A program made the translations under genes and the position numbers. DNA of 64,000 nucleotides from Minisyncoccota bacterium (lineage in GTDB: Bacteria > Patescibacteriota > Minisyncoccia > Phycocordibacterales > UBA918), in NCBI GenBank assembly GCA_041688155.1, contig JBDNIW010000003.1, positions 5,555 through 69,554 on the forward strand, read 5' to 3'. The stretch's first letter is position 1, and each line of letters begins with the position of its first letter. The notes beneath the pieces are model-generated. The model was not told where the DNA came from. It made no database searches and worked only from the letters and a program-made list of their open reading frames with translations. Below are positions 38,686 through 48,963 of this stretch, piece by piece.

Positions 38686-38887
38686 ATCTGCGATACACCG
38701 TGGCCTAACTTGGAAGTGACGATTTGACATTTGGTAACTTTTCTTCACGTCACGAATCACTAAGTATATTTTTTCGCATTCGCTCGAAATCTACTAAGTG
38801 TTCTCGACCCCGCCTCACATTGTTCGTCATTCTTCCTCACATCGCTCCGGCTTGGCTCAGCGCCCGTGTCTAAAGCAGTTTAGACAC

Positions 38888-38913
38888 TAAAGGCTCCCTT
38901 GCGGGAGCCTTTA
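38888..38913 (-). terminator. Hairpin downstream of tRNA-Thr
   Basis: taaaggctccc-ttgc-gggagccttta. Confidence 0.7.
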
Positions 38914-38918
38914 CGCTG

Positions 38919-38991
38919 AGCCACCTGTCAGATTCGAACTGACGACCTACTCATTACAAGTGAGTTGCTCTACCATCTGAGCTAAGGTGGC
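38919..38991 (-). tRNA. tRNA-Thr(TGT)
   Basis: Minus strand reads GCCACCTTAGCTCAGATGGTAGAGCAACTCACTTGTAATGAGTAGGTCGTCAGTTCGAATCTGACAGGTGGCT. Full cloverleaf, anticodon TGT, CCA not encoded. Confidence 0.97.
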
Positions 38992-39223
38992 TTATTTAGT
39001 TTTAACTACAACTGCAATCTTTGTTTGCTCTCTACCGCAACTCACTTGTTACAAGTGGTTCAAAAGTCCCCCGGACTTTTTCACCTCCACCATCATAGCT
39101 AAGGCTATTTTTTCTGGTACGCGCCATTATGACAAATATGAGGATTATTGCAACCGCTTTGGCTGAATATGTGTGTTTTGGGCTTTATTTTCTCTCTAAA
39201 CAAGGCTATACTCGACGATACTC

Positions 39224-40777
39224 ATGAGCGAAGACTCACATTTATTGCCCTACGCCAAACGAGCTGACTTCAAAGTCGCTCGGGCCAACGAGCTCACTGG
39301 TCGCGACCGGCGGTTGTATCGTTTCCTCGAAATAGTCCCTGGCCTGGCCGCTTGGGGGACACTGCTTGGAATCGTGTGGGCGTCTATCTACGCATCTTTC
39401 TTCGCGGCTTACTTTATTATTGCGTTTGCGATTTACTGGGTGCTCAAAACTATTTTTCTCTCGTACCACGTTCGGTATAACTGGAAACGCTTGCGTCACC
39501 ATATGGCGCTTGACTGGGGGCAACTGATTGCCAGATTTACGTACGATGAGTATTATCATCTAGTCATCTTCCCATTCTATGAGGAGCCACAAGAAGTGAT
39601 TGATGGTGCTCTCAAAGGTCTGATTGCGGCGAACTACGACCCTAAAAAGTTACTCGTGGTGCTCGCCGCCGAAGGCCGCGCTGGAGCCAACGCACTCAAG
39701 AAAGCGCAGCAAGCCGAGGTCGCCTACGGTGCGCAGTTTGGTAGCTTCCAAGTGACGGTGCACCCGCCAGACGTCGTGGGTGAAATCGCCGGGAAAGGTT
39801 CCAACGTGCACTACGCTTTGCGTGCGGTCCACGAAACAGTTATCGCGCCGAGACAGATTCCCCACAAAAACATCCTTGTTTCTATATTTGACGTTGACAC
39901 TGTCATCTATCCCGACTATTTCAACTGTCTGATCTGGCATTTTATGACTGCCAAGAATCCCTACAAAAGTGCGTTCCAACCGGTGCCGTTGTTTACCAAT
40001 AACCTGTGGGAAGCGTCAGCCATCTCCCGCGTGATGGCGATGTCGAGCACGTTCTGGCAGATGATCATGCAAGAGCGACCGGACAAAGCCGCGACGTTTT
40101 CCTCCCACTCTGTCAGCTACCAAGCGCTCTACGAAATCGGCTACGGCCAAGCCAACGTCGTGAGTGAAGATTCGCGCATCTACTGGAACTTGCTACTGGC
40201 CAACGACGGCTACTTTGATGTTGTGTCACTCTCGTACCCGATTGCAATGGATGCAACGACCGCAGCGTCAACCTGGGGCACAATCAAAAACATCTACAAA
40301 CAACACCGCCGCTGGACCTACGGCGTCGAGAACTGGTGCTACTTGGTGTACCACTTCACTAAACACAAAGGCATACCTCTGCGTCGTCGTTGGAGTATTG
40401 CCTTGCAGCAAGGGGAAGGATACTGGTCACTGGTGACTAACCCCATCATGTTGTTTATCCTTGGGTGGACACCGATTTTCTTGGGGTCACGAGAGTTCCA
40501 CGAAACAGTGTTGTCGTACGAGCTGCCAATCATGGTTCGTAACTTGCTCACGGTCGCGATGGTCGGACTGGTGTTCTCATCAATCATCTCATTGTCGCTA
40601 ACACCGCCACGACCCGAAGGTTACAGTCGGTTCCGCTATATCGTGATGGCTCTGCAGTGGATTATGGTGCCGGTCACCATGATTGTGTTTAGCGCTATCC
40701 CAGGGCTCGATGCGCAGACTCGACTGATGCTTGGTCGGTACATGGGATTCTGGGTCACACCCAAAAGGGTACAATAA
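39224..40777 (+). CDS. Processive GT2 family membrane glycosyltransferase
   Basis: GKGSN; FDVD (DxD); SED; QHRRW (QxxRW); flanking TM segments. Confidence 0.88.
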   Translation: MSEDSHLLPYAKRADFKVARANELTGRDRRLYRFLEIVPGLAAWGTLLGIVWASIYASFFAAYFIIAFAIYWVLKTIFLSYHVRYNWKRLRHHMALDWGQLIARFTYDEYYHLVIFPFYEEPQEVIDGALKGLIAANYDPKKLLVVLAAEGRAGANALKKAQQAEVAYGAQFGSFQVTVHPPDVVGEIAGKGSNVHYALRAVHETVIAPRQIPHKNILVSIFDVDTVIYPDYFNCLIWHFMTAKNPYKSAFQPVPLFTNNLWEASAISRVMAMSSTFWQMIMQERPDKAATFSSHSVSYQALYEIGYGQANVVSEDSRIYWNLLLANDGYFDVVSLSYPIAMDATTAASTWGTIKNIYKQHRRWTYGVENWCYLVYHFTKHKGIPLRRRWSIALQQGEGYWSLVTNPIMLFILGWTPIFLGSREFHETVLSYELPIMVRNLLTVAMVGLVFSSIISLSLTPPRPEGYSRFRYIVMALQWIMVPVTMIVFSAIPGLDAQTRLMLGRYMGFWVTPKRVQ

Positions 40778-40801
40778 TACGTGTTAGTTAATTAGCCACC
40801 T

Positions 40802-41962
40802 ATGCCACAAGAACCACAAATCACAGGAATGTCTTCACGCCGCCGAGCAGTATTTTTTTGGGGGTTGGTACTGATTTTTCTGCTGGTCCTGCCCTCGATG
40901 ATTTTCTATACTACGGGTTATCGACTGAGTTTCGAAGACGACGTGACTTCGGTGGTGACCACTGGTGGTGTGTACGTCTCTACCCAGAGCACCGATGTCG
41001 AAGTGTATCTCGACGAGGAGCAGATTGAGCGACCACGCTTGTTCCGTTCAGCCTACTACATCCAAAACATCGACGCCGGATTACGACGGGTAGTGGTGCA
41101 AGGAGAGGGAATTCAGACTTGGGTCAAGGAACTGTCGGTAGACTCGCACATTGTCACCGAAGCCGCAGCGTTCAACCTACCAACCGTACCGCGGCTGCGC
41201 CCGGTGACGCAGTTCCAAACCGGCGCCGGAACAGCGGTGTTTTTCTCTACTTCAACCGCGGCTCTGTTATTTGCTAACGCCACTGCTACTGAGGCATTTA
41301 TCGTCGCTACCAGCAGTGCAACCTCTAGTTACGTCGAGAACCCAGAGTACGAGTTTGTGGTGAGTTTGTTTGGTACTAGTACGGCGACAACCTCATCGGT
41401 TTTTGCTGATTTTATCCGGGACATGGACCGGTTTCGGTTTATAACTCCTGTTGAAATATCAGCGACAACTTCTACCACGACTCCAGTGATTATCGAGCGC
41501 AACAACATCAGACTAACGACCAAAGGTCTCGAGCTGTACGCTGTGTGGCAAGGTCGAGCGCAAGACGTGCCGTATTACTTTTGTGTGAGCAGCACAACTG
41601 TTTCGAGTACGACCGAGCGCTATGGTGCCCACGTAGCAGAGGCGGTGTTTGCGCAACTAGGCACTACTACAGCTACCTCCACCTTGGTCACCGTCGACAA
41701 CCGGATGTGTCGCACCGAGATTAAACTCGACCGCTTGCGCCAGGATGTGTTTCTATACGATTTTTTCCCCGGCTCGTCTGATCTAGTATTGGTGCATCTA
41801 GAGGATGGTTTGTATGTCACTGAGATTGACGACCGCGCTTGGCAGAACTCGCAGCTGCTGTATCCCGGGACCGACTTTAGAACTATCGTCGAAAACGAAG
41901 TGATTTATATCCAACAAGGCACTCAGTACTTTGCGGTCATTCCTGAAATTGAATCAAACTAA
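40802..41962 (+). CDS. Membrane-anchored PEGA-like, Ser/Thr-rich protein
   Basis: RRR plus TM; YTTGYR..TGGVYVST...VYLD pattern. Confidence 0.6.
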   Translation: MPQEPQITGMSSRRRAVFFWGLVLIFLLVLPSMIFYTTGYRLSFEDDVTSVVTTGGVYVSTQSTDVEVYLDEEQIERPRLFRSAYYIQNIDAGLRRVVVQGEGIQTWVKELSVDSHIVTEAAAFNLPTVPRLRPVTQFQTGAGTAVFFSTSTAALLFANATATEAFIVATSSATSSYVENPEYEFVVSLFGTSTATTSSVFADFIRDMDRFRFITPVEISATTSTTTPVIIERNNIRLTTKGLELYAVWQGRAQDVPYYFCVSSTTVSSTTERYGAHVAEAVFAQLGTTTATSTLVTVDNRMCRTEIKLDRLRQDVFLYDFFPGSSDLVLVHLEDGLYVTEIDDRAWQNSQLLYPGTDFRTIVENEVIYIQQGTQYFAVIPEIESN

Positions 41963-41985
41963 CCATAGTGCTACACTGACCGTTC

Positions 41986-42708
41986 ATGCCACCAACACCC
42001 GGACACCAACACCCACTGACGCAGATGATTGACGAGATTAACCACATCTTTGCGGCAATTGGCTTTACCTTTGCCGAGGGTCCTGAAGCGGAAACTGAGC
42101 ATTACAACTTTGACCAGCTCAACGTCCCTAAAGACCACCCGTCACGTGACATGCAAGATACGTTTTGGTTCAAAGACGCCGACGTGTCGGAACCAACCGT
42201 CCTGCGCACCCACACCAGCCCAGTGCAAGCGAGATGGATGGAATCGCACGGCGCCCCTTGCAAAATCATCGTGCCCGGCAAAGTGTTCCGTAACGAAACC
42301 ACCGACGCCACCCACGAAGCGCAGTTCTATCAACTCGAAGGGTTACACGTCGACAAGGGTATTCACCTGGGGCATCTCAAAGGCACCCTTGAGTATTTCT
42401 TCTCACACTTTTTCAGTGGCAAAACTGAGGTGCGCTTCCGCCCGAGTTTCTTCCCGTTTGTTGAACCAGGAGTCGAGGTCGACATGCGGTTACTTGCAGG
42501 TGATAGTAAACTAGCGGGGAAGTGGATTGAAGTAATGGGAGCTGGGATGGTTCATCCAAATGTACTCCAGGCGGCCGGTGTCGATCCAGAAGAGTTCTCC
42601 GGCTACGCGTTTGGGATGGGAATCGACCGACTCGGGGTGATGAAATACGGAGTCGAAGACGTACGTGATAATTATTCTGGTGACTTACGGTTCATCAACC
42701 AATTTTAG
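41986..42708 (+). CDS. pheS: Phenylalanine--tRNA ligase alpha subunit (catalytic core only)
   Basis: GHQHPL; HPSRDMQDTF; LRTHTS; FPFVEP; AFGMGIDRL. Confidence 0.97.
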   Translation: MPPTPGHQHPLTQMIDEINHIFAAIGFTFAEGPEAETEHYNFDQLNVPKDHPSRDMQDTFWFKDADVSEPTVLRTHTSPVQARWMESHGAPCKIIVPGKVFRNETTDATHEAQFYQLEGLHVDKGIHLGHLKGTLEYFFSHFFSGKTEVRFRPSFFPFVEPGVEVDMRLLAGDSKLAGKWIEVMGAGMVHPNVLQAAGVDPEEFSGYAFGMGIDRLGVMKYGVEDVRDNYSGDLRFINQF

Positions 42709-42729
42709 TAGCAGTTCTAATTATATTAT

Positions 42730-44670
42730 ATGAAAGTAAATTACAACTGGCTGAAAGAATACGTGGGAGACGTGCTGCCTAATGCTGCCGAAGTCAATCG
42801 ACTGTTGACCGAGCACGCGTTTGAAATAGATGGAGTAGAGACGGTTGACGGCGAGATTGTTCTTGACGTCGATGTGTTACCCAACCGCTCATCGGACTGT
42901 TTGTGTCATCGGGGGATTGCGAGAGAGCTGGCTTCTATTTTAGATATAGAGCTATCCCATGACCCCTTACAAGCAAAACCACCGCTCACCGAGACAGACA
43001 AAATCACCGTCAACATCGCTGACACCAACGCCTGCCCCCGGTTCACTGCGTCACTCATGACAGGGATTGCAGTCAAAGCATCACCAGACTGGCTCAAAAC
43101 CCGCCTCGCCTCAATCGGGCAGCGCTCAATCAACAACGTCGTCGATGCAACCAATTACGTCATGTATGCCATCGGGCAGCCATTACACGCGTATGACGCC
43201 GATCTATTTCCGCAGGTAGACGGTCAGTGGCAGTTTGGGGTGCGCTATGGAGCAGCGGGTGAAGTAGTCGAAATATTGCCTGAAGGGAAAAATACCGAGC
43301 CTCGTCAAGTCACCTGTGTTGGAACTGAACTACTCATCGTAGATGAGTCGAGCAACACACCAATTGGGCTCGCTGGAGTCAAAGGGGGGCAGTTCGCTGG
43401 AGTACACGCCGGCACCAAGAACATCATCGTCGAAGCGGCTCATTTCCATCCGACTGTCACCCGCAAAACTGCTCGGCGGTTGGGGATTGTCATTGACGCG
43501 AGTAAGCGGTTTGAAAACGAATGCTCTCGTGAACTACCGCCGTACGCTCAGTTCGAGATCATCGAGCTGATCCAGCAGATTGCTGGTGGTGAATATAAAG
43601 GAACGCTCGATGTATACGCAGAGAAAAACCCCAACCCAGTAGTCCAAGTGCGACTCGGTAAAGTAAATGCTCTACTGGGACTAGAACTAACCCAGGACCA
43701 AGTGCAAGCAATCATTATGCGCACAGGTTCCTTGGTTACAGATGATTCCGACTCCGACGTTCTTAGTTGCCTTGGTCCTTTTGAGAGAACTGACCTACTG
43801 ATCGAAGAAGACTTCATCGAAGAAGTCGGTCGTCTATACGGACTGTTAAACATCGTGTCGGTCGCACCAGATATGTCAGTAAACGCGGCAATAAACGCGC
43901 GACAGTTCTATTCTGAAAAAGTTCGACATACCTTGCTAACCTCAGGCTTTAGTGAAGTCATTACCTCGTCATTTCAGAAGAAAGACACAATTCAATTGCA
44001 CAACGCGCTCGCCAGTGACAAGGGTTACGTGCGCAGTAGTCTGGCCCAAAACCTGCACCAGGTATTAGACACCAACTTCTCCCACACCAACTTACTAGGG
44101 ATTCGCTCCGTGCAAGTCTTCGAAATCGGTACAGTGTTTGACAAGACAGCAGACGGCATAAGTGAGCACATATCGCTCGCCATCGGTGTCCGGCAAAAGG
44201 GAAATGGCTACACCCCCAAAGACGACGCCCCACTACAAGTAGCGCTAAACGCCGTAGCAACCAGTCTCAATACTCCAATCGATTGGAGTATTACGCAGGG
44301 AGTGGCCGAGGCAGACCTGTCAGCGGTGATTGCTATGCTGCCAGAGCCAGCGTCATACACGGCCATGGTTGAGCGCACCACTGCAACGTATACACCCGTC
44401 TCACCGTACCCAAGCGTCGCCCGCGACATCGCACTATGGGTGAGTGAAGGGACTAATTCTGATGAAGTAATAAAAGCGCTCCGCGCACCAGCCGGTGACC
44501 TTTGCGTCCGCATCGACCTGTTTGATACATTTGAAAAAAACGGACAAACGTCGCTAGCGTTCCGACTGGTTTTTCAGTCGCAAGTAAAAACTCTTACCGA
44601 TCCTGAGATTGATGCGGTTATGGCAGTAGTGAATACAGCAGTGGTAGAACTGGGTTGGGTAGTGCGCTAA
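42730..44670 (+). CDS. pheT: Phenylalanine--tRNA ligase beta subunit (lacks B2 OB domain)
   Basis: WLKEY; PNRSDCL..RGIARE; INNVVDATNY; EEVGRLYG; FDX-ACB C-terminus. Confidence 0.95.
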   Translation: MKVNYNWLKEYVGDVLPNAAEVNRLLTEHAFEIDGVETVDGEIVLDVDVLPNRSSDCLCHRGIARELASILDIELSHDPLQAKPPLTETDKITVNIADTNACPRFTASLMTGIAVKASPDWLKTRLASIGQRSINNVVDATNYVMYAIGQPLHAYDADLFPQVDGQWQFGVRYGAAGEVVEILPEGKNTEPRQVTCVGTELLIVDESSNTPIGLAGVKGGQFAGVHAGTKNIIVEAAHFHPTVTRKTARRLGIVIDASKRFENECSRELPPYAQFEIIELIQQIAGGEYKGTLDVYAEKNPNPVVQVRLGKVNALLGLELTQDQVQAIIMRTGSLVTDDSDSDVLSCLGPFERTDLLIEEDFIEEVGRLYGLLNIVSVAPDMSVNAAINARQFYSEKVRHTLLTSGFSEVITSSFQKKDTIQLHNALASDKGYVRSSLAQNLHQVLDTNFSHTNLLGIRSVQVFEIGTVFDKTADGISEHISLAIGVRQKGNGYTPKDDAPLQVALNAVATSLNTPIDWSITQGVAEADLSAVIAMLPEPASYTAMVERTTATYTPVSPYPSVARDIALWVSEGTNSDEVIKALRAPAGDLCVRIDLFDTFEKNGQTSLAFRLVFQSQVKTLTDPEIDAVMAVVNTAVVELGWVVR

Positions 44671-44677
44671 CAAAAAA

Positions 44678-44702
44678 CTGTTGGACATCAGATGTCCAAC
44701 GG
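44678..44702. repeat. Short palindrome sharing its core with 29858-29898
   Basis: ctgttggacatc-a-gatgtccaacgg. Confidence 0.55.
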
Positions 44703-44802
44703 TGAGTACTGGTTGAATGGTATAAGGTGACAGTTTTCCACCCAGCACAAGTCGGTTTTAGTGTTATAATAGATGCATTATTTAACTTATTGACTACTCT
44801 GC

Positions 44803-46887
44803 ATGGCTGACAAAAAACCCTTAAAGAAAGAAAAAAGTTACGACGCATCGTCTATTTCGGTCCTTGAAGGACTCGATCCAGTGCGAAAGCGTCCTGGTAT
44901 GTACATCGGGACTACAGGCCTTGATGGATTGCATCACTTGATTACGGAAGTGTTTGACAACTCTCGTGATGAGGCGATGGGTGGGTATGCTGACCGAGTC
45001 GAAATCACGCTACTTCCTGACAATTACATTCGAGTCGTTGATAACGGCCGAGGAATCCCGGTTGATAAACACAAACAAAGTGGGTTGTCGGCTCTGGAAA
45101 CTATCCTCACTATCTTGCACGCTGGTGGAAAGTTTGGTGGTGAAGACTCTGGCTATAAGGTATCAGGTGGACTGCACGGAGTAGGGGTGTCAGTAGTAAA
45201 TGCGCTATCGACTCATCTGGTAGCGGAAATCCACCGGGACGGTGGGTCATACATCCAGGAGTACAACATCGGGGTACCAAAATACAAGGTAAAAAAAGTG
45301 TGCACCAGTTTGGATACCGGCACCGCAATTACCTTCCAAGCTGATCCAAGTATCTTCCCCGAGATAAGGTACGATTATAAGAAAACCGTCAACCACTTGC
45401 GTCAGCAGGCGTACTTGGTAAAAGCCATGCGCGTTACCGTTATTGACGCTCGAGAGATTGACGAGATTCTTGGTAAGAAATATCAATGGACAGGGAAGCG
45501 ATATTTGGCTGATGAGCACCTACCGGTCCCACACGAAACCTTTTACTTTGAGGGTGGTCTACGGTCACTGGTGGCATTCAACAACTCGTATCAAAAACCA
45601 GTCCACAAAAATATTTTCTACGTAGAAAAGCACGATGTGACACCGGAAGTAATGGTGGTGGAAATAGCCTTGCAGTACGTTGACGATATTTCACCTCGTA
45701 TCACCGCGTTTGCGAACAACATCTACAACCCAGAGCACGGAACGCACATCACTGGGTTTAAAACCGCCCTAACTCGAACGCTAAATACCTACGCCAAGAA
45801 AGGGAACTTTTTTAGTGTCAAAGAAAAAGACGCTGGGTTCACTGGGGACGATGTGCTTGAAGGTATCACCGCCGTGGTGTCGGTCAAAATGCCTGAAATC
45901 CAGTTTGAGGGCCAAACCAAAGCCAAACTCGGATCAGTTGAAGCGCGCGGCGCGGTTGAGAGCGTGTTCTCAGAAGCCTTTGCTGCGTACCTTGAGGAAA
46001 ACCCCGACGACGCCAAAGCGATGATCAACAAAGTCATCCTCGCGGTCAAAGCCCGCAAGGCAGCCAAAGCCGCCAAGGATTCAGTGTTGCGCAAAGGTGC
46101 GCTCGAAGGCATGTCACTGCCAGGGAAACTAGCTGACTGTCAGAGCAAACGAGCCGAAGACTCAGAATTATTTATCGTAGAGGGCGACTCAGCGGGAGGG
46201 AGTGCCAAAATGGGCCGCGACCGCAAAACCCAGGCTATCTTGCCGCTGCGCGGCAAGATCCTCAACGTTGAGCGCGCCCGAATCGACAAAATGCTCGCCA
46301 GTGAACAAATCAAAAACCTCGTGATAGCACTGGGGACCGCCATCGGGGACGTGTTTGATATCTCTAAACTGCGCTACCACAAGATTATCATTGCGACTGA
46401 TGCGGACGTCGATGGTTCACACATCCGGACGCTGCTGCTGACCCTATTTTTCCGGTACTTCCGCCCATTGATTGACGAAGGATATGTGTACATCGCGATG
46501 CCACCACTGTATAAATTGAAAAAAGGCAAAGAAGTCAAGTACGCTTATACTGAGGATGAAAAAGCCCAAATCATCACCGCTTGGGGCGGGGATGTGGTCG
46601 ACGTAGACATTGATGTAGAGTCTGAAGACAGGGAAGAGTCAGAAGACACTAGTGCAGCCAAAAAAGGTGTAAAAATCGACCAGCAACGATACAAGGGGCT
46701 AGGAGAAATGAACGCGGATGAGCTCGGTGAAACCACGATGAACATCAACAACCGGATCTTGAAACAAGTCACTATCGAAGACGGGATGGCTGCTGACAAG
46801 GTATTTGATATTCTGATGGGGACGGACGTACCTTCTAGGAAGAGCTTTATTCAAAATAATGCAAGGACCGCCAACCTAGACATCTAA
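44803..46887 (+). CDS. gyrB: DNA gyrase subunit B
   Basis: VRKRPGMYIG; SGGLHGVG; VEGDSAGG; PLRGKILN; DADVDG; RYKGLGEM. Confidence 0.95.
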   Translation: MADKKPLKKEKSYDASSISVLEGLDPVRKRPGMYIGTTGLDGLHHLITEVFDNSRDEAMGGYADRVEITLLPDNYIRVVDNGRGIPVDKHKQSGLSALETILTILHAGGKFGGEDSGYKVSGGLHGVGVSVVNALSTHLVAEIHRDGGSYIQEYNIGVPKYKVKKVCTSLDTGTAITFQADPSIFPEIRYDYKKTVNHLRQQAYLVKAMRVTVIDAREIDEILGKKYQWTGKRYLADEHLPVPHETFYFEGGLRSLVAFNNSYQKPVHKNIFYVEKHDVTPEVMVVEIALQYVDDISPRITAFANNIYNPEHGTHITGFKTALTRTLNTYAKKGNFFSVKEKDAGFTGDDVLEGITAVVSVKMPEIQFEGQTKAKLGSVEARGAVESVFSEAFAAYLEENPDDAKAMINKVILAVKARKAAKAAKDSVLRKGALEGMSLPGKLADCQSKRAEDSELFIVEGDSAGGSAKMGRDRKTQAILPLRGKILNVERARIDKMLASEQIKNLVIALGTAIGDVFDISKLRYHKIIIATDADVDGSHIRTLLLTLFFRYFRPLIDEGYVYIAMPPLYKLKKGKEVKYAYTEDEKAQIITAWGGDVVDVDIDVESEDREESEDTSAAKKGVKIDQQRYKGLGEMNADELGETTMNINNRILKQVTIEDGMAADKVFDILMGTDVPSRKSFIQNNARTANLDI

Positions 46888-46890
46888 ACA

Positions 46891-46934
46891 ACAATACAAA
46901 ACCGCCACGACGAGTCGCGGCGGTTTCGTATTGT
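46891..46934. terminator. Bidirectional terminator
   Basis: acaatacaaaaccgcc...ggcggtttcgtattgt, between convergent genes. Confidence 0.75.
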
Positions 46935-46945
46935 ACCAGTCGGTA

Positions 46946-47977
46946 TTAGCGAGCAAACGATACTCGTTGTGAGAATGAGTCGTTGCCACTGTTGCGGTCA
47001 GATGATTCGTCTACCTTGACTACAAACGTGTGTGGGTTGTCACCACCAGCGGGGAAACCGATGGTAAGTACCGCCCGTTCGTTTGGTTTGAGGGCAACTT
47101 GGGTTGGGGAATTGTACATACCACCGTTAGGCAATTCCATAGAAAATGTCCACGTGTTTGATGTTTTGGTACCAAAATTCTTGACGGAGAACTGGATAGC
47201 ACCAGCATTGTCGACACTGACTGGTCCGGATACAAACCGGCTGCCGATGATATCACCCACTGCGATGTAGGCAGTTGCCAAGTCAGTGAACCCATTGGGG
47301 TTTGATGTCGGGATGGCGTAGACGAATTCCTGCTCAAACACTGGAGTAACCGGAGTCGGTGCCGCTGGAGTGACTGCAACCGGGGTTTCGACTACTTCAA
47401 CCACCACCTCTTGAGTAACTGGGTTTACGACAAAACCTTCAATACTATCGTTGACGATAGTCACCACATCTGACCCCATTGTTTGTGGTTTTGTGTCGTT
47501 GGTAGCTAGGAACCCAACTCGAAACGCCACATCGGTAAAGCGGCTTTTTTCGGATTCGATAGCGATAGTCAAATCAGCAACGTCTCCGACGTTATAGTTA
47601 GTATCACAGGCCAGCTGTCGTTCAGTCGTACCGTCTATTTGGTTTATCGCCACACCGTCGAGACAGTCGTAGGTAAATACGTATGAACCACGGGCGTTTT
47701 TGTGGTCCCAATTAATTGTAATTGCTTCACCACTGTTAGCGAGTGAGGTGTTGCTGGTTACAATGATTGGTTGTAGGTTCGCATCTTCGACCATGGTTTC
47801 AGACGCTAGGTTCACCCCTTCAGCTAAAGAAGCGAGGGAAGAGAATGCTCCAGGGAATAATTGAACCAGCTGAATAGACAGCCAAGCGAGTAATAGGACG
47901 ATGCCGACAAATCCAGCAATGGCCAAGGTATTCAAAATTGAACTCTTTTTTTGTGGTGATACGTTATTTGTTTCCAT
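46946..47977 (-). CDS. Membrane-anchored surface protein with C-terminal CARDB-like Ig domain
   Basis: N-terminal TM; Pro/Val/Thr linker; DL....IQFSVKNFGTK...ALKPNE...VDESSDRNSGND. Confidence 0.7.
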   Translation of the reverse strand: METNNVSPQKKSSILNTLAIAGFVGIVLLLAWLSIQLVQLFPGAFSSLASLAEGVNLASETMVEDANLQPIIVTSNTSLANSGEAITINWDHKNARGSYVFTYDCLDGVAINQIDGTTERQLACDTNYNVGDVADLTIAIESEKSRFTDVAFRVGFLATNDTKPQTMGSDVVTIVNDSIEGFVVNPVTQEVVVEVVETPVAVTPAAPTPVTPVFEQEFVYAIPTSNPNGFTDLATAYIAVGDIIGSRFVSGPVSVDNAGAIQFSVKNFGTKTSNTWTFSMELPNGGMYNSPTQVALKPNERAVLTIGFPAGGDNPHTFVVKVDESSDRNSGNDSFSQRVSFAR

Positions 47978-48007
47978 GATGCTTCTATCATAGCACGAAT
48001 CACATGA

Positions 48008-48775
48008 ATGTCAACAGACACCGCATCGAACCACCCTGTCATACTGCCTGGCCTGAGTGATTCGCTGTTGACAATTGTACCAAACAGTGCTACTGTGTCA
48101 CAACTTATGCAATTATCTGACATCGTTTCTAACGTCTGGGCCAACCGATTGAAGTTTTTTGGTGTCTTCTTCCTGATATTTACCATGCTGTACGGGGTAC
48201 TGTTTGTGATTGATTTCCTGCCTGAGGCGCCAACCCATGCGTCTGTGACCCAAGAGGTAACAGCTGTTGCCGAAGCAGTAGCGGTTGCTTCAGTAGTGAT
48301 CGAAACTCCAGTGGACGCGGTGGATGCCCTGACACCAGATCAACCAATCAGTATCTATATCGAACGCCTCGACAAAACTATCGACGTGCTCAATCCGCAG
48401 TCACGCAGTATCGCTGACCTCGACCACGCCCTGTTGTCAGGGGTTGTGCGCCACCCTGACTCCGCTACTCCTAATATAGACGGGACGGTATTGATTCTCG
48501 GGCACTCTAGCTACCTACCGAACGTACTGAACCGTAACTTCCAAGCCTTTAATGGTATCCAGAACCTGGAGTGGGGCGATATCATTACGTTAACCTCAGA
48601 TGATGTCATCTATACGTACCAAGTAGAGCGAGTATACGAAGCCAAAGCCAGTGAGGTCACCGTCCCGATTGCCGGCGATCGCAAGCTACTCACCATAGCA
48701 ACTTGCGATAGTTTTGGCAGTACTGACGATCGACACATAGTCGAGGCCAAGCAAATCAGCGTAGAAAGGCTGTAA
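48008..48775 (+). CDS. Sortase family protein
   Basis: TM anchor; ILGHSS (His), LTIATC (Cys) and DDRHIVEA (Arg) form the catalytic triad. Confidence 0.9.
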   Translation: MSTDTASNHPVILPGLSDSLLTIVPNSATVSQLMQLSDIVSNVWANRLKFFGVFFLIFTMLYGVLFVIDFLPEAPTHASVTQEVTAVAEAVAVASVVIETPVDAVDALTPDQPISIYIERLDKTIDVLNPQSRSIADLDHALLSGVVRHPDSATPNIDGTVLILGHSSYLPNVLNRNFQAFNGIQNLEWGDIITLTSDDVIYTYQVERVYEAKASEVTVPIAGDRKLLTIATCDSFGSTDDRHIVEAKQISVERL

Positions 48776-48819
48776 AGTAAGGCTATATTACAAATCGTAG
48801 TTGAATACAAAAGAAGCAC

Positions 48820-48848
48820 TTGACAAAAGTGTTTTCTTTTGCTATGAT
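48820..48848 (+). promoter_or_regulatory. Sigma70 promoter
   Basis: TTGACA-N17-TATGAT with extended TG. Confidence 0.75.
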
Positions 48849-48963
48849 TTTGGCAGTTAAGGAAGAGAACAATTCTCGACCTCCAAGCTCGTTCTTCAAG
48901 GAAAGTCCTTACCCGATCCTTGAAACTTTCACACAACACAACAAACCATAGAAAGGTTTTGTC

